DNA of 64,000 nt from the human T2T-CHM13v2.0 reference genome, Homo sapiens: NCBI RefSeq assembly GCF_009914755.1, contig NC_060937.1. The stretch is one strand, 5' to 3'. Below, one piece after another: positions 1 to 17,747 of this stretch (the stretch's first letter is position 1; each line of letters starts with the position of its first letter). The notes below the pieces were generated by a model. That model saw only the letters and a program-made list of their open reading frames with translations, made no database searches and was not told the origin of the DNA. Made by a program: the position numbers and the translations under genes.

Positions 1-29
1 CCACCATTTAGCCACTACAACAGGCAATA

Positions 30-1660
30 AAAACATAAACAAATTCAGGCCATTGTGAGAGCAACAAAGAAAACAAAGCAGGGAATAGGGATAAGAGAGT
101 AAAAGGGGATGCTATTTTTGCTGAGGGAGCTAGAGAGGGCCTCCCTAATGTGGAGGCTTTGGAGCAGAGACCTCCTTGAAATAGATGAGAAACGTTGTTC
201 TGGCAGAGGGAAGAGCAAGTGCAAAGGCCATAGGATTAATCGTTGTCATATTTGAAGAGGTGAGTGGTAAAGAGACTCGTGTCTTAGGTGTGTAGTAGGA
301 GATGGTTCCAAAAGGCAGAATTTGGATTTTATTCTGAGTAAAAAGGGAAGCTATTGGTAGAGCAGAGACATAATTGATCTAACGTTTTTTACTGTGGCTG
401 ATGTGTGGAGAATAGACTATAGAGAGCAGAGAAATACTATGACCCCTCAGAGAGGTACTGCAATATTCCAGACAGGAGACAATAGTGCCTAGGACCAGAA
501 TAGTGGCTATGGAAGTAGTGAGAAGTGATCTGATTTGAGACATGTTTTGAAGGTTGACCCAACAGGATTTGCTGATTGAGTGAATTTAGGTGACACTAAT
601 AGGGAAGTCAAGGATGTCGCTAATGTTTTTTGCCTGTGTGACTGGAAGTATAAGAGCCATAGCCAACTGAAATTTGAAAGATGGCAGAGAAGCAGTCTTG
701 GGAATCCATAATTCCATTTTGGAATTTGAAATGACTTTCGGCATCCAAGTAGAGATATTCTGTAGTCAGTTGAACACAGAAGTCTGGAGCTCAGGGTGAA
801 AGACATACATTGGGCATCATTAGTGAATAGCCAGTATTGTAAATCACCAACTAGTAGGTGTAGTTAGAGAAAAGGACCAAAACTGAGCCCCAAAGCACTA
901 CACAATTAAGAAATCAAGAGATGTGGAAGAACCAGGACAAAGGTCTGGAAAGTAAGCCAGTGAAGAAGTAAAACCATGAAAGTCTGCTGACCTGGAAAAC
1001 AAATAAGAAAGTGACTCAAGGAGGGAATAGTCAGCCGCATCAAAAGCTGATGATAGATCAAGTAATATGAGGATTGTGAATCTACCATGGAATTTATCAG
1101 TGAGACAGTCATCAGGAGTCTTGACAAGAGAAGTTTTGATGGCGTTGTGGGCACAAATCCATTTGGAGTGGATTCAAAAGGGAATTGGACAAAAAGAATT
1201 GTAAGTAACTAATTTGGACAATTATTCCAATGAGTTTTGCTGTTAAGAGGAGCAAAAAAAAACAAAACAGTAGCCAGAGGAATTTTTTTTTGAATTGGAG
1301 ATACTATAACATAATATCATGCTGACTCAATGATATTATGAGAGGCAAAAATTGATAATGCAAGCAAGAGAATGAATGTGAGTGAGAAGGGACAGAGTCC
1401 AGAGCCTTAGTGGCCAACCAGCCTTGCACAGGAGCAGGGCAGCCCTCCTTATAACAGAAACAAACTCAGAGTACCTGTGTACAGATTCAGGGTAGGTAGA
1501 TCTGCTAGGGAGACGAGGAACATGCTCTTCTGATGGCTTCCATTGTCCCTGTGCAATCAGAAGCAAGCTCATCAGCTGAGAATGAGAAGAGTAAACAAGG
1601 GTAAAGTTTGAAAAGGTGTGGAAGAGCCTTCAGAGAGTGAATTGTTAAGGCCAGCAGTGA
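30..1660 (-). mobile_element. LINE-2 (L2) fragment including RT remnant
   Basis: Typical antisense L2 sequence (gaaggttgacccaacaggatttgctgattga). The minus strand near 1030-1075 reads ILILLDLSSAFDAAD, matching the L2 RT motif LILLDLSAAFDTVDH. Confidence 0.8.
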
Positions 1661-1683
1661 ATTATCTAGTGGATTTTCCAGAA

Positions 1684-2004
1684 CAGCGCTATCTCATAGA
1701 AATATAATGCAAACCATCCATGGAATATTAAGTTTTCTAGTACCCATATTGAAAACATGAAAAGAAATAGGTACAATTAATTTTAGTGGTATATTTTACT
1801 TAACCCAACATATTCAAAATATTATCATTTCAACACGTAATCAGTATAAACAGTATCAAGATATTTTAGATTCTTTTTTTTTAGTAATAAGTTTTCAAAA
1901 GCCAGTGTGCATTTTACATTTTCAGCACATCTCAATTCAGATGAGCCACATTTTAAGTGCTCAGTAGCCACGTGCGGCCAGTGCTACCATACTGAACATT
2001 GCAG
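1684..2004 (+). mobile_element. MER33 (hAT-Charlie) DNA transposon fossil
   Basis: Runs CAGCGCT..ATAGAAATATAATGC to gccacatttnaagtgctcagtagccac...CAG; ~320 bp, collinear with the recalled MER33 consensus. Confidence 0.8.
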
Positions 2005-2982
2005 GTCTAGGAAATGAAGTAGGGCTAATGGAGAATGCCAAGGGTCCCTGGAGACTGGGAGCCACGAGCTGAAGTGAGATTGGTATGGCTGGGTGTTTTT
2101 CTCCAGCCATATTCAGAGCTCCTCTACAGACGTTGAGTAGGCAGAGAGTTGGACTTGACCAGGGATTGAGTTTTGCAAGCAGCATTCAACCAAAGGGAAA
2201 AAAGGGAAGGGAACTGGTGGCATGTGGCACCAATTGATTATGCAGACTGACCATAGAACATAAGACACCAAAGTTAGCATGGGGTGGGGGAGGGGTGTAA
2301 AAAGGTGGTAGGGGCAACCAAAGTTCTAGTAGCATCATAGAACTTTAAGAACTGTAGATGCTATGCAACATACAAAGATGTCTAGATAATCCCTGTCTTC
2401 AGCAAGCTAATCTTGACAGCAGATTTACCAACAGCTATGCTATTAAGATATCATGTGATAAACACCAGAAAAGTAGCACAAAATGTGTTCTATGGGAGTT
2501 TAGAAGAGGAAGAGTTCACCTCTGGCTAGGATGGCCCATGAGGGTTCATGGAGGGGGTGGTGGGTAAGTCAGATCTTGAAGGATGAATAGGATTTTTGTC
2601 AGCATATAGGAAACATGGTACAAAGTGAGGAAAAAGCACAAGCACAGACAGAAAATAAAAAATGTTCACTATTTCGTTGGGTAAGGTAAAAAAAAAACAA
2701 AAAACCTTAATATTCGTTGAGGGAATCATTAATTACAATAGGGTAGGCAGCATATAAATAATGATGGGTCTTGAAAGAAAAGTACAGAGCTAATTTCCCT
2801 GGGGGAAGAAAGACCTCATCATAAAAGAAAGGCATCCCCCCAGAATACAACGTTTCTTAGGTGTGGGAAAACTGAGTGGCAAAGATTATTCTCAAGAAAT
2901 AAATGCCCACCGCTTCTCAGCCTTTTGGCTAAGATCAAGTGAAGAAATAAATGCCCTTTATTTCTGGCCCACCTCACCCCTA

Positions 2983-3050
2983 CACACACTCATGCACATG
3001 TACACACATGAGCGCACACACACACACACACGCATGCACACAGACACACA
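2983..3050. repeat. Imperfect (CA)n microsatellite
   Basis: cacacactcatgcacatgtacacacatgagcgcacacacacacacacacgc. Confidence 0.85.
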
Positions 3051-3579
3051 GAGCATCTGCCTTTCCCTTAGAATTCAGTATCATATACTTAGTTCCCTTC
3101 TCTGGAAATGGTCAGTTACGTCCAAAGAGAAGCAATATGTTTACCTTTCATTCTCAGATTCTGGAAGAAAACATTTAGAACCAACTAGGATTAGAGTGGG
3201 TGAGATTAAAAAGGCTTTGATTACTATTAACACCTTAGAAATAGTACTGTACTCCCACCACGCAGACCCAGTTGATGATTCTTTTAGAAAACAAGCTGCA
3301 CATAATCACTATAATCTTTTTTTTCTAAATCTGTTGCTGTTTCTATTAAAATTTTAAGGGAAAAAATAGCATTTTACTTTGGCTCTCAACACAGTCATCA
3401 TTGAACAACAAGAAATTTAGTTTTTCCGAAGTATGTGTGGACTGTTGTTGAAAAAAAAAAATCACCTTCTCTCTTCCCGGCTCTAAACGGTTTGGGAAAC
3501 CTGCCAGTAGATCCACTCCTTTCCTTTTTTTAAAGAATTTCCTACTTCAATCAGAATATTTAGAAACAGTAAAAGCTAG

Positions 3580-4268
3580 ACTTTTCCACATGAGACTTTA
3601 ATAATACTGTGCTTTGTATTTACATATCATACATGATTGGTACTTCATAGCTCACTATCACTTTAAGTTTTTAAATTAGTATATAAAAGCACAAGGTTTA
3701 GAAGCAACTCTTCTCTGCTCAACAGTAAGTTATTAATGTCAGGATTGAAGCTCATAATTACTGACACATATAGTCCTACAAAGATCGTTCTTATAAAAGG
3801 AAGTGTCCAGTAAGTATTAATAGAACAAAGCAATTATCAAATATCTCATTCATTCAAGGTAATTTTAAGAACCATGGAACTTTAATTATATAAATAACCA
3901 CATTAAACCCTTTAGACCTACATTAATATGAATACAAATTAAGGTATCATTCAATAAAAACTAATAATATGAATAAATATATACATACATAATCAAATCA
4001 GCTTCACAAAGTAGAATGTATTTCAATCAGAAAGTCAGCAAATAGGTCAATATACTTAAAAATATGAACTACTGCTTTAAAAAAATTTCATTAACATGCT
4101 ATAATCCCGAAGGCTACAGATGCCACTGGTCAGACTGCTCCACGTACCATCAAGTCTTTCCCCTTTGGATATAAAAATATCCATTGTCTGCTGACTCAAT
4201 TAGGAAGGTAAGGTATCTGGTTCTCTTAACAGTGCTGGCTGTGGTTTTACTCCCGATGACTTTAACAC
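3580..4268 (-). other. DLEU7: Probable DLEU7 3' UTR
   Basis: AT-rich, repeat-free sequence after the stop codon, ending near an ATTAAA signal. The 3' end is inferred. Confidence 0.6.
3597..3602 (-). terminator. Candidate poly(A) signal ATTAAA of DLEU7
   Basis: Minus-strand ATTAAA with upstream UGUA motifs and a U-rich downstream element (cuuuuacuguuucu). A second ATTAAA lies at 3881-3886. Confidence 0.5.
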
Positions 4269-4505
<237 letters not shown>

Positions 4506-4532
4506 TTAGATAGGTTATGGGGGCCAATTGTT

Positions 4533-5041
4533 GTACTTTGCTTACCCAGCTTCCATTCTTTTCTCTTCTGGTGACAGCACTCTGGTTTTTTTTTTTCTTG
4601 GAAAACTACACCCCATTCTTAGCCTATGCAGTTGGACCAAAGCTGATCACAACTCCAGGGCCCAGGCCAATCACAGTGTGGACTGATCAGAATGGACAGA
4701 TGATCTAAGCCAAGGCCAATAGGCCACAGGCCCAGAATATCTGCTAGACAAGACCTAAAGAGGATCTGCTATCCTCTTTAACTGAGGCTATTGGAAAATA
4801 TCTTGCCACCATAAGGATAGCATCCAAATGAGAATGCAGCCAACACAGAAGAAAGGAGAACCAAGAGATTAAAAGAGCCAGATTCTAATCTAATACTTTC
4901 TGAGTATGTGGCTCTAGCTATACTTGAACAATAAACCCCAAGATTTTTTGGCCATCTGGGTCAATAAATATCACTTTTTTACTTAACCCAGTTGGACTTG
5001 AGTTTCTATTACTTGTTCCTAAAAGAACTGTGACAAATACA
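4533..5041 (+). mobile_element. Old MaLR solo LTR (MLT1 family)
   Basis: TG...CA ends, aataaa followed by ttggacttgagtttctattacttg, typical of MLT1J/K-like LTRs. It sits just inside the intron next to the exon 2 acceptor. Confidence 0.6.
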
Positions 5042-5914
5042 CAAATAGCCTGTGTTTCTATTATCCCATACTCACTGTGTTCGGTAGTTCAGTATTCCAA
5101 TACAGAATTTGTTATTTAATGGACATGGTCTCAAGAAATCCCCAAATGCCAATTTAGAAAGAACAGTTCCCAGGTAGTTTAAAAGAAGGAGGTAATTCTA
5201 TATTTTTAATCCCTAAATGGTTTATTTTCTAAAATCCATTGCAAATAAATGGTACATTTGGATGATTCCACATCAAAGATAATGTTGAATATAAGATCTC
5301 TTTTCAGTATAGGGAAATGACATCCCCTGGACTTCTGGGTCTGGCAACAAAACTATAACTTAGTTTTCCTAAGGAATTCTCTTTGCTACTGAATTCCTAA
5401 AACTCTAAATAAAAATAGGGCAAACATCCTTTCTGAGCTTGCAAGAAAATAAGAGAAATCTCTCAGAAGCCAAAAATTTTTTAAAGATTATTTTAGCTGC
5501 CTACCAATACTATGAAGAAATGAAAGTTAGTCTCTCTTGGGCTGGGTTTGGGATGGAGAGTAAAGTTGTCCCTGAGAATGTGTAATAGAGGACCTGTATC
5601 ACACAGTCATTTGACTTTGGAATTACCCTCTGTACTAGATGAACATCCTGGGAACACTCATGCTAAGAAATTAACTTAAAATTTTGAACTGGGCTGAAAT
5701 AGCCATGAACACATAGCAAAAACAAACAAAAACCTATTCCAGGGAAACGTGTCTGCAACCATTGCCCTACAATAGTATTTGCATAATGCCTATGTTGAAG
5801 ATGGAGTCAAAATATGAAATTTAAAATACAATCTACCGTGATATAGCAGATGCAATGTGGGACAAGATTAAACTCTAAGAATTTAAAATAGAGACTATAA
5901 AATATATTTTAAAT

Positions 5915-7257
5915 CAGCAGTCTCCAACATTTTGGCATCAGGGACCAGTTTTGCAGAAGACAATTTTTTTCCATGGCTGGTGGTGGCAAATGGTGTCGAG
6001 ATGAAACTGTGAAACTGTTCACCTCTGATCATCAGGCATTAGATTCTCTCTTTTTTTTTAAGAGATGAGATGATAATTTTTTTTAGTTTAGTCAAATAAT
6101 TAGTCATCCTTAAGTATTTCTGCATGCTTTATCAAATAAAAATTATTTTATGATTGGCAAAATTTTCTTGTTACCAATTATAAAATAAACCCAGTATGCA
6201 CCTTAAAAAATCACAATCTTTTTCCTGAAAGGCAGATCACAACATGCTGACTATTTCATAATAAATTGAAGGTGAACAAAGGAGAAAATGCAGTACGTTT
6301 GTACTTTGAAAAGAAACTAATTTCTAATACTTATGTGTCACCTTAATACTCATGTGTCACCTTATTCTGGCTGGCATATAGTAGATGGCCCACAAGTGTT
6401 CAGTGATTGAATGAATGATTGGATGAATACATATTATTCTTGAAAAAAATCATCTCAATAATTACTTCCTGATCATACTGGATACTGTCAGGTATAGTTT
6501 CAGAAAATATTCTGTAATTTAATTAATAAAACCAAGAATTAGAAGAAAGAAAATTTGCTGCTAAAGTACTGCCAAAGATCCAGTTGTGTGGTGTGAATTT
6601 GGTAGCTTCGATAAGGCCTTCTTATTTACTCTAAAAATTTCTAATATTTTACTTGTTGTATTAGCCACCTATTATCTGATGATGAGTGGCTGGAATTTCT
6701 CTGTTAAATCTTCATTCTCTTAGCCCTAGTTTTACAATGATATTTAAGTGCAATCATTCTTGCAGATATTAACAGGAACACCTAGTGCTTTTCTTAACAA
6801 CAAATTGAACTAAGATTATTATTTTTTATTATACTTTAAGTTCTAGGGTACATGTGCACAACGTGCAGGTTTGTTACATACGTATACATGTGCCATGTTG
6901 GTGTGCTGCACCCATTAACTCGTCATTTACATTAGGTATATCTCCTAATGCTATCCCTCCCCCCTCCCCCGACCCCACGACAGGCCCCGATGTGTGATGT
7001 TCCCCACCCGGTGTCCAGGTGTTCTCATTGTTCAATTCCCACCTGTGAGAAGGAGCACACAACCTAGATCCTTCTCATGCTCAATTCACAATAGGGTTTG
7101 TGCTCCTATGAGAATCTAATGCTGCTGCTGATACAACAGGAGGAGGAGCTCAGGTGATAATGCTTGCTAACCTACTGCTTATCTCCTACTGTGCGGTGTG
7201 GTTCCTAACAGGCCACAGACCAGTTCCTGTTCATGGCCCAGGGGTTAGGGACCTGTG
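5915..7257 (-). mobile_element. MER1B (hAT-Charlie) split in two (5915-6048 and 7050-7257) by a ~1 kb insert
   Basis: Left piece ends ...catcaggcattagattctc; right piece resumes aaggagcacacaacctagatcc... The pieces are collinear with the intact MER1B at 62196-62530. Confidence 0.85.
6816..7051 (-). mobile_element. 5'-truncated L1PA4/5-like 3' end
   Basis: ttattatactttaagttctagggtacatgtgcacaacgtgcagg...ttcaattcccacct is the reverse complement of a young L1PA 3' UTR. Confidence 0.9.
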
Positions 7258-8351
7258 CCTTAAGTGATTAAAGATATAGAAGAAGAAATCAGAAAAGCGT
7301 TTTAAGAAAAAACAGGCTTGCAAAAGAAGCCCATCCACTTCTAAAAAATGATAATTATAGTAGAAATTTAAAACCTAATTGACAGCTTAAACACCTGATT
7401 AAATATATATAAAGTGAGGATGAGGAAACCAGATAATAAATATGAAAAAAATACCTTAGAATGCAAGATTACAAGTTGAAGATGTGGGAAATATGAATGA
7501 GAAGTTGAACAACATGGATGACAGAATGAGAAAGTCCAACGAACACTTCTAGGAGAACAACAGACAGAATGAGAAAGAGGCAATATTCAAAGAGAACAAT
7601 GGATTAGAATTATACAGAGTAGATCCAAAACAGAAATCTTTATATTAAGGAAGTAAAATATGTCATAGGGAGAACAAGTTAAGTGAAATCCAAATCTAAA
7701 CTCATCGAGGCAAAATTACTCTTAAAGGCAATCAGAAAGAAAAATACAGATGGACTTCAACGAATGACAAGACAGCAGCTGATTTCTCACCACAACAATA
7801 GAGAAGACAATGGAATAATAGCTTCAAATAACTGTCAACCTAGAATTTTTTTTTTATTCCTACCAAACTATCATTTAAAACTCAGGGAAAAATAAATATG
7901 CTCTCATTTAAAAGGGCAGAATTACCACTAATAGACTCTCACAGTTAGATATTTCTGAAGACATAATTCTGAGAGGAAATTCAACTGAAAATGGTTGAGA
8001 TTCAGGATGCAACAGTGAACAAAGAAACTCAAACACATGGTATAAATCTAAAGAATTCATTGTTCAAAACAAAAATTATAAAAACGAACGTGGAGTTTAG
8101 GACATCTAAATGTGGTAAATGAATGACGGTTCATTTTGGAGCAAGATGTTTCTCAAATGCTGAACAGCAGTGACATGTCGAATGGAGTGGCACTCTAAGC
8201 ACTGTATTATTCAAGAGAAAGGTGGCAAGCTCATAAATATCAGACTTGTTAGGTACATGTGTGAAAAATGTAAGAGTTATTATTAAAAGTAGAGAAATAA
8301 TACATAAAACTTCAAAATCAGCAGAGGGAAAAGATGAATTAAAATTTTATT

Positions 8352-8658
8352 GGCTGGGCACAGTGGCTCATGCCTGTAATCCCAACACTTTGGGAGGCTA
8401 AGGCAAGCAGATTGCTTGACTCCAGGAGTTCGAGACCAGCCTGGGCTACATGGCAAAACCCTGTCTCTAAAAAAAAAAAAAAATGCAAAAATTATCTGGG
8501 CAAGAGGGCATGCACCTGTGGTCCCAGCTACTCAGGAGGCTGAGGTGGGAGGATCACATTGAGCCCAGGAGGTCAAGGCTGCAGTGAGCAATGATCATGC
8601 CATTGCTCTCCAGCCTGGGCAACAGAGCGAGACCCTGTCTCAAAGAAAAAGAAAAAAC
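8352..8658 (+). mobile_element. AluJ
   Basis: Dimeric Alu with J diagnostics (ggaggatc..ttgagcccaggaggtcaaggctgcagtgagc) and an A tail. Confidence 0.9.
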
Positions 8659-9937
8659 AGATTATTGACCTTATGTATATAGAAAGTAAACTTGAGAAAT
8701 AAAGATACAAACATAAGGCAAGGTAAACAGAAAGCACTAAAAAAGATAGTAGTAAGCCTACACATATCAGAAAGCACAACAAGTGCAAAGCAATAAACTC
8801 ACCTTTTGGAATATAATGATTACTATATTGGTTTTATATGCTGTTTACAAGAAACACATTTAAATCTAAAACCACATAAAGATTGAAAGTGAATGGATAT
8901 TTAAATATATGCCAAGCAAAGAGAAGCCAAAATAAAACCAAAAAAAATCATTATTTGGGATGAAATAAAACTATGACTAATAAAATGAATGATTCCCCAA
9001 GCAGATGTCACAATTTTGTACCTGTATGTCCCTAATATGATAATCATAACATACATTCAGTCTACACACATACAAGCTGATTTTAACCTAGCTTCCTCTG
9101 AAACTAGATAGATCAAACAACAAAACAGAGAAAGACTGAAAAACACTAATCACAAGCTTGAGCCAATGGAAATAAGAAAATATACATTATTGTCAAACAT
9201 ATGTGGACTATTTATAAAGCTGTCTATATTATAATGTCACAAAGCAAATCTCAACAAATATCAGAAAGACTCTATCATGCAAATCACAATGCAAATAAAT
9301 GAGAAATCAATAACATAGATACCCTTCCCAAAACATGTGTGACTTAGAAAACCCACTTCTAAATAATTCATGGATCAGTGAAAAAATAATTGAAAGTTTC
9401 AAATACTTTATACTGAACTATATCACAAATTTGTGGGATGTAGCCACAGTGAGAAACACTTTGACTTAAATGATTATGTAAATAAAGAATAATCCCTGAA
9501 AATCCATGAGCTAAAAATTCAACTCAATAATGTAGGAAAAGAGAAACAGATACTGTCACTCAAAAAAAATGGAAGGAAGAACTAAAAGTTGAACCAAAGT
9601 TTGATGAGGGACCAGAGTTTCCTTCCTAATTCTGTCTATAAGGGGAAACTATTCTTCTCCCTATGAAAAACCCTGTTTTTTGACCGAGAAGGACCTGGGT
9701 TTCTGACAAAGTGCTTATTAGAAAACATCCCTCAGAAACAAAACCAATGTTCATTTCAACTTAGCAAACAGTGGCAGCAGGACCACCTGCGAGCTAGGTG
9801 CCAGGACAGAACCATACCATGCTCAAGGATTCGCAAGCTACCATACTTTTTGTTCTTTTCTCTTTAAAGCATTCTTGCTTCCCTACCTTTGTGTGTTGCT
9901 CATTTCTGCCCAGAAGGTGTCAAAGAGCTGTTAAGAT

Positions 9938-10144
9938 CAAGCCTGTCCAACCTGTGGCTCAAGATGGCATTGAATGCAGCCCAACACAAATTTGTAAATT
10001 TTCTTAAAACACTGTAAGATTTTTTTTGTGATTTTTAAAAAAAATTTAGCTCATCAGCTATCAGTAGTGTTAGTGTATTTTATGTGTGGCCCAAGACAAT
10101 TCTTCTAATGTGGCCCAGGGAAGCCAAAAAATTGGACATCCCTG
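9938..10144 (-). mobile_element. MER30 (hAT-Charlie)
   Basis: caagcctgtccaacc...gctcatcagctatc...ttggacatccctg; homologous to the copy at 61148-61370. Confidence 0.85.
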
Positions 10145-12059
10145 CTGTAGATGACCTGTCCCATAGCTTATGGGGTGGCCTGTGTGCTGAAGCATACTGC
10201 TAGGGAATGGGAAAGTAGGAGAGAAAAATCACTCTGGACTATTTCCTCAAGATCCACATCAAGGAAAATTGTCCGATTGCTTTATAGAAGTAATCCAATA
10301 CTAACTACAAAGTATAAGGATCAAAGAAAACATGCAAGGGGAAATTCAAAATAGAAGGAACCACTAAAACGTGTGCTGACATGTGCCTATTAGCCAGTAT
10401 GCAAAGGAATTCATCACCCAAAGAAGACTAAAATGCCTTTAAAAATATAGTTGTGGGCAGAAAACCTGAAGTCAATTTCATGTTTTACTGTAAAGAATCA
10501 AAGAAGGTGTTGCTTGGGGAAATTACATGTACAATAAAATTCGACTGCTGGGCTGTACTGGTCCCTGAGGCCCTGGGCAAACTTCAGATCTCTGGCAAGC
10601 TTTGCAAACTCACTTTATTTTACTATTCTAGTACAGTATTTCCTTTTTATCCTTTCTCAAATATATTAGCAAAGAAAACAAATTAATAGGAATAGGCTTT
10701 CCGTGGGACTCTTAAGCCAGGGTAGGGAAAAATAAAACAGGTGTGTGCTTCTCTACCATTCCAGAAGGTCTGAAGGCCAACTCTGGATCCAATAATCATT
10801 GCCTTCGACCAAACTTCTGCTGAGTCTGCAATGGAAGGTAGGGGTCACAAGTCACAGCATTAAGGCAATAGTATATTAAATGGCTCATGGGCTTTCAGTA
10901 GAAACTCACATGATCAATATTGGTGATGATTTCACTTAGGATGCTTTCCATTCAACAACAAAGCCTATCCTCCCAGCCGCTTTTATTTAGCAAATCCCAG
11001 ATGCTCCCAGAAATGATGTAATATCCTACACGATGCTTTGAGTACTTTGCCAGAATTAGAACTACATGGTTGAGCAATCTAAAAGCAGGTTTTGAAACTT
11101 CTAAAGCCTTGTGTAATTTCAGACTCTGGATATGAAATGTATTGATTACTACAGCAGTCCAAATTGATGGCCAGCATTTACATTTTTAAGCCAGTTGAGA
11201 TACTCTCATGTAACTCAACTGATCTATTGGGGTAATGGCCTTGGCCTGTTTAACTCAGCTAAATGAATTAGTTAAATTTATTTCAAATGTGTATCAAGCC
11301 TCCACCACATGACTGGATAAAAGGCAATAAGATATGGTACTTGATCTATAAAGAGCTTATAACCTACTAGAGGGAAATGAGACACATAGATCATATAGCA
11401 AATGTCCGTTGCAGTATGATGAGGGCTATGGTAAAAACACAAAACCCCAATTCTATGGAAGAATAGACATGTATACAATCATAATTTAAGCACAGCACAG
11501 GGTTCATGCAAAGCTCATTCTGTCATGTGACTCCTTCCTACAGAGTGCTGGGTTTTTATTGTTCAAAATTCATTTGGACACACTAGAGAAATTCGTGTGC
11601 TTAGGAGGCAATCCAATCAAAGAAATAGCTCTAGTTTTTACAATATGGCTTATTAATTTTTAGCACATATCTGCCCTGAGGTAGGCAGAATAATAGCCTT
11701 TCAGTACCTGTATGTTACTCCACATGGCACAGGGACTTTGCAGATGTTACTTAGAATGGGAAGCTCTCCAAGTCATTACAAAGACCCAGGGGATGGAGAC
11801 ACAGTTCATTCCTTCAAGAGCACTGGACTTGCCATCTGAATGCTGGTTCTACCCCTTTGGCCAAGCTATTATGGCTATTATGCCTATGGAACACTCAGTT
11901 TTCTCATCTGCAAAATGGAAACAATAATAGCTACCACATTGAGGGGTTTCAAAAGTCAAATTAGCTCATGGATATGGAAGCTCTTTGTATTTTTTAAGTG
12001 GTCCTTTACATTAATAACTAAACTTATAGTGGACTCTGTTAGATGTTGGGAGATCAGTA

Positions 12060-12143
12060 AGGAGGAGGAGAGGGGAGGGGAGGGGAGGGGAGAGGGAAAA
12101 AGAAAGGGGAAGGGAAAAGAAAAGAAAAGAGAAAAGAAAAAAA
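12060..12143. repeat. GA-rich simple repeat (GGGGA/GAAAA)
   Basis: Pure purine run. Confidence 0.8.
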
Positions 12144-12775
12144 TCTGCCTTGTAGAAACTTAGAATCTAATTGGTGAGATGAAATCTATTTGCAATTGTT
12201 CAGTAGGAATGTCACAAAAATAAGATTAAGGTTCAACAACAAAAGTGGAGGCCATCAGTAAGCTTTTTGCAGAAGAGGGGAATGGAGGCTTGCATGAAGT
12301 ATCAGAGAAGTGGTAGGTGGGAAGGACTACATTAGATACTACAAGATAGATAGGTGGTATGGAGGAAAGCATTATTTGGCTTATAGGCCCCTGTAACCAA
12401 AATAAATAACAGAAGCCAAAGTGTGGAGTCAGAAGGGGCTGGGTCAGGGAGAAGGAGAACATTAGTCTGAAAAGAATAGAATTTTGTGTTGAATATGAGG
12501 ACATGATTGTGTGGAAGGCCTTGAATGTCAGAGTAAAGTCCCTGAACACTTCCAATCATTGGATAACATGCAAACCAGCTTTTGAAGAACACTGGTCTGG
12601 CCCACACGCCTGAGCACCTACTCAGCACCAGACTGCAAGCTTGACTCATTCTATACTTTGTCTCACTCAGTGCTCACCACAATCCATGATAGATGAAAAG
12701 AAATGTGGCTTGGGGAGAGTACGTGATGTAGCTAAGTAACACAGCAAGTTAGTGACAGAGTTAAAATTAACTTCT

Positions 12776-16140
<3,365 letters not shown>

Positions 16141-17193
16141 AAAATTAACTCCTCTATTTCAGAACTCACTCATCAGACTCGCCCCAGATCCCAAATGATG
16201 CCAGGTGCAGTAATGGCTCACAGAGCCAAGCTCAGCCATGTAGTGTGGGAGACAAGACTGGCAGGAATTATAGAGCTGTAGCTGCTCCGGTGGGGTGACA
16301 GGGGCTTCTTGGAAGCAAGTGGGAGAAGCACTAAACCAGTTTTGGGGATGGAACAAAATGCCTACAAGTGAATCGTTTCATGTTTCTTTTTTGGCCATCT
16401 TCACACTATTTTTCTTAAGGTTGACTGAGTGTTATGAGTGGTACGAAGCTCAAAAATTGGCAAGGATCACATCCAAATGGAAGACTGGCCTGTTGGCCCA
16501 TCCCTCCTCCCTGCAGCGTAATTGAGAGGGCTTGGCTATTTGAAAGATATTCAAGGCATCGAACCTTCTACACCCCATGTAAAACCAACCCTGAGCTAAT
16601 CAGAAACTGCCCAGCTGGAGGTTTCCTTTCCTCAGCTCTGTTCTCTCCTACCCACTGTGAGGGATGTCTCTCGGAAAAACCGCCACACTGTGTACTTTTC
16701 TGCATTCTGCATTGTGCATTTATTAGGAATGCACACATCTGGAATTCTTGAACAACTGAAAATGCACCTGCAAAATCTTAAAACGGAAGACAAGTTAAGC
16801 CTGTTTTTAAAGCTTGGTACTGAAAATAAACACTCTCATCATAACTGGAGTCTTGAAGACAAGAAGAATCTAGCAGTGTGAGTCCATTTGAAAGCCTGTT
16901 TTCTGAAACCAACACCAGTGGATAATAAAGTCAAAAACCCAATATGACTTAATAGACTCTAAAATGCAGATAACATTTAAACAATCCACAAGGATTGTGC
17001 TTTTTTCTCCTACCATGTCACCTTCAAAATCACTCCTAAATCTACGTAAATTGTAAATCAGCTCATACTCACTTAACCACCAGCTCTACAACAAGTTGGC
17101 TCTTTTGAAAACAGTCACCTCTTGAGATACCTTGAGCTTTATTCTCTTACACTGGCCTCCACAAGCTTGTTTCTTCTCACATTTCCCCCTCTA

Positions 17194-17747
<554 letters not shown>

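Larger units (their letters stand above)
5330..9560 (+). mobile_element. Ancient L1M remnant (5' region, ORF1/ORF2-like), interrupted by MER1B and AluJ
   Basis: A-rich decayed L1 ORF1-like (7300-7900) and ORF2 endonuclease-like (8700-9560) sequence. Confidence 0.55.

Noticed and set aside
2863-3357. 164-aa ORF
   Set aside because: GTG start and partly made of a CA microsatellite (HTHT run).
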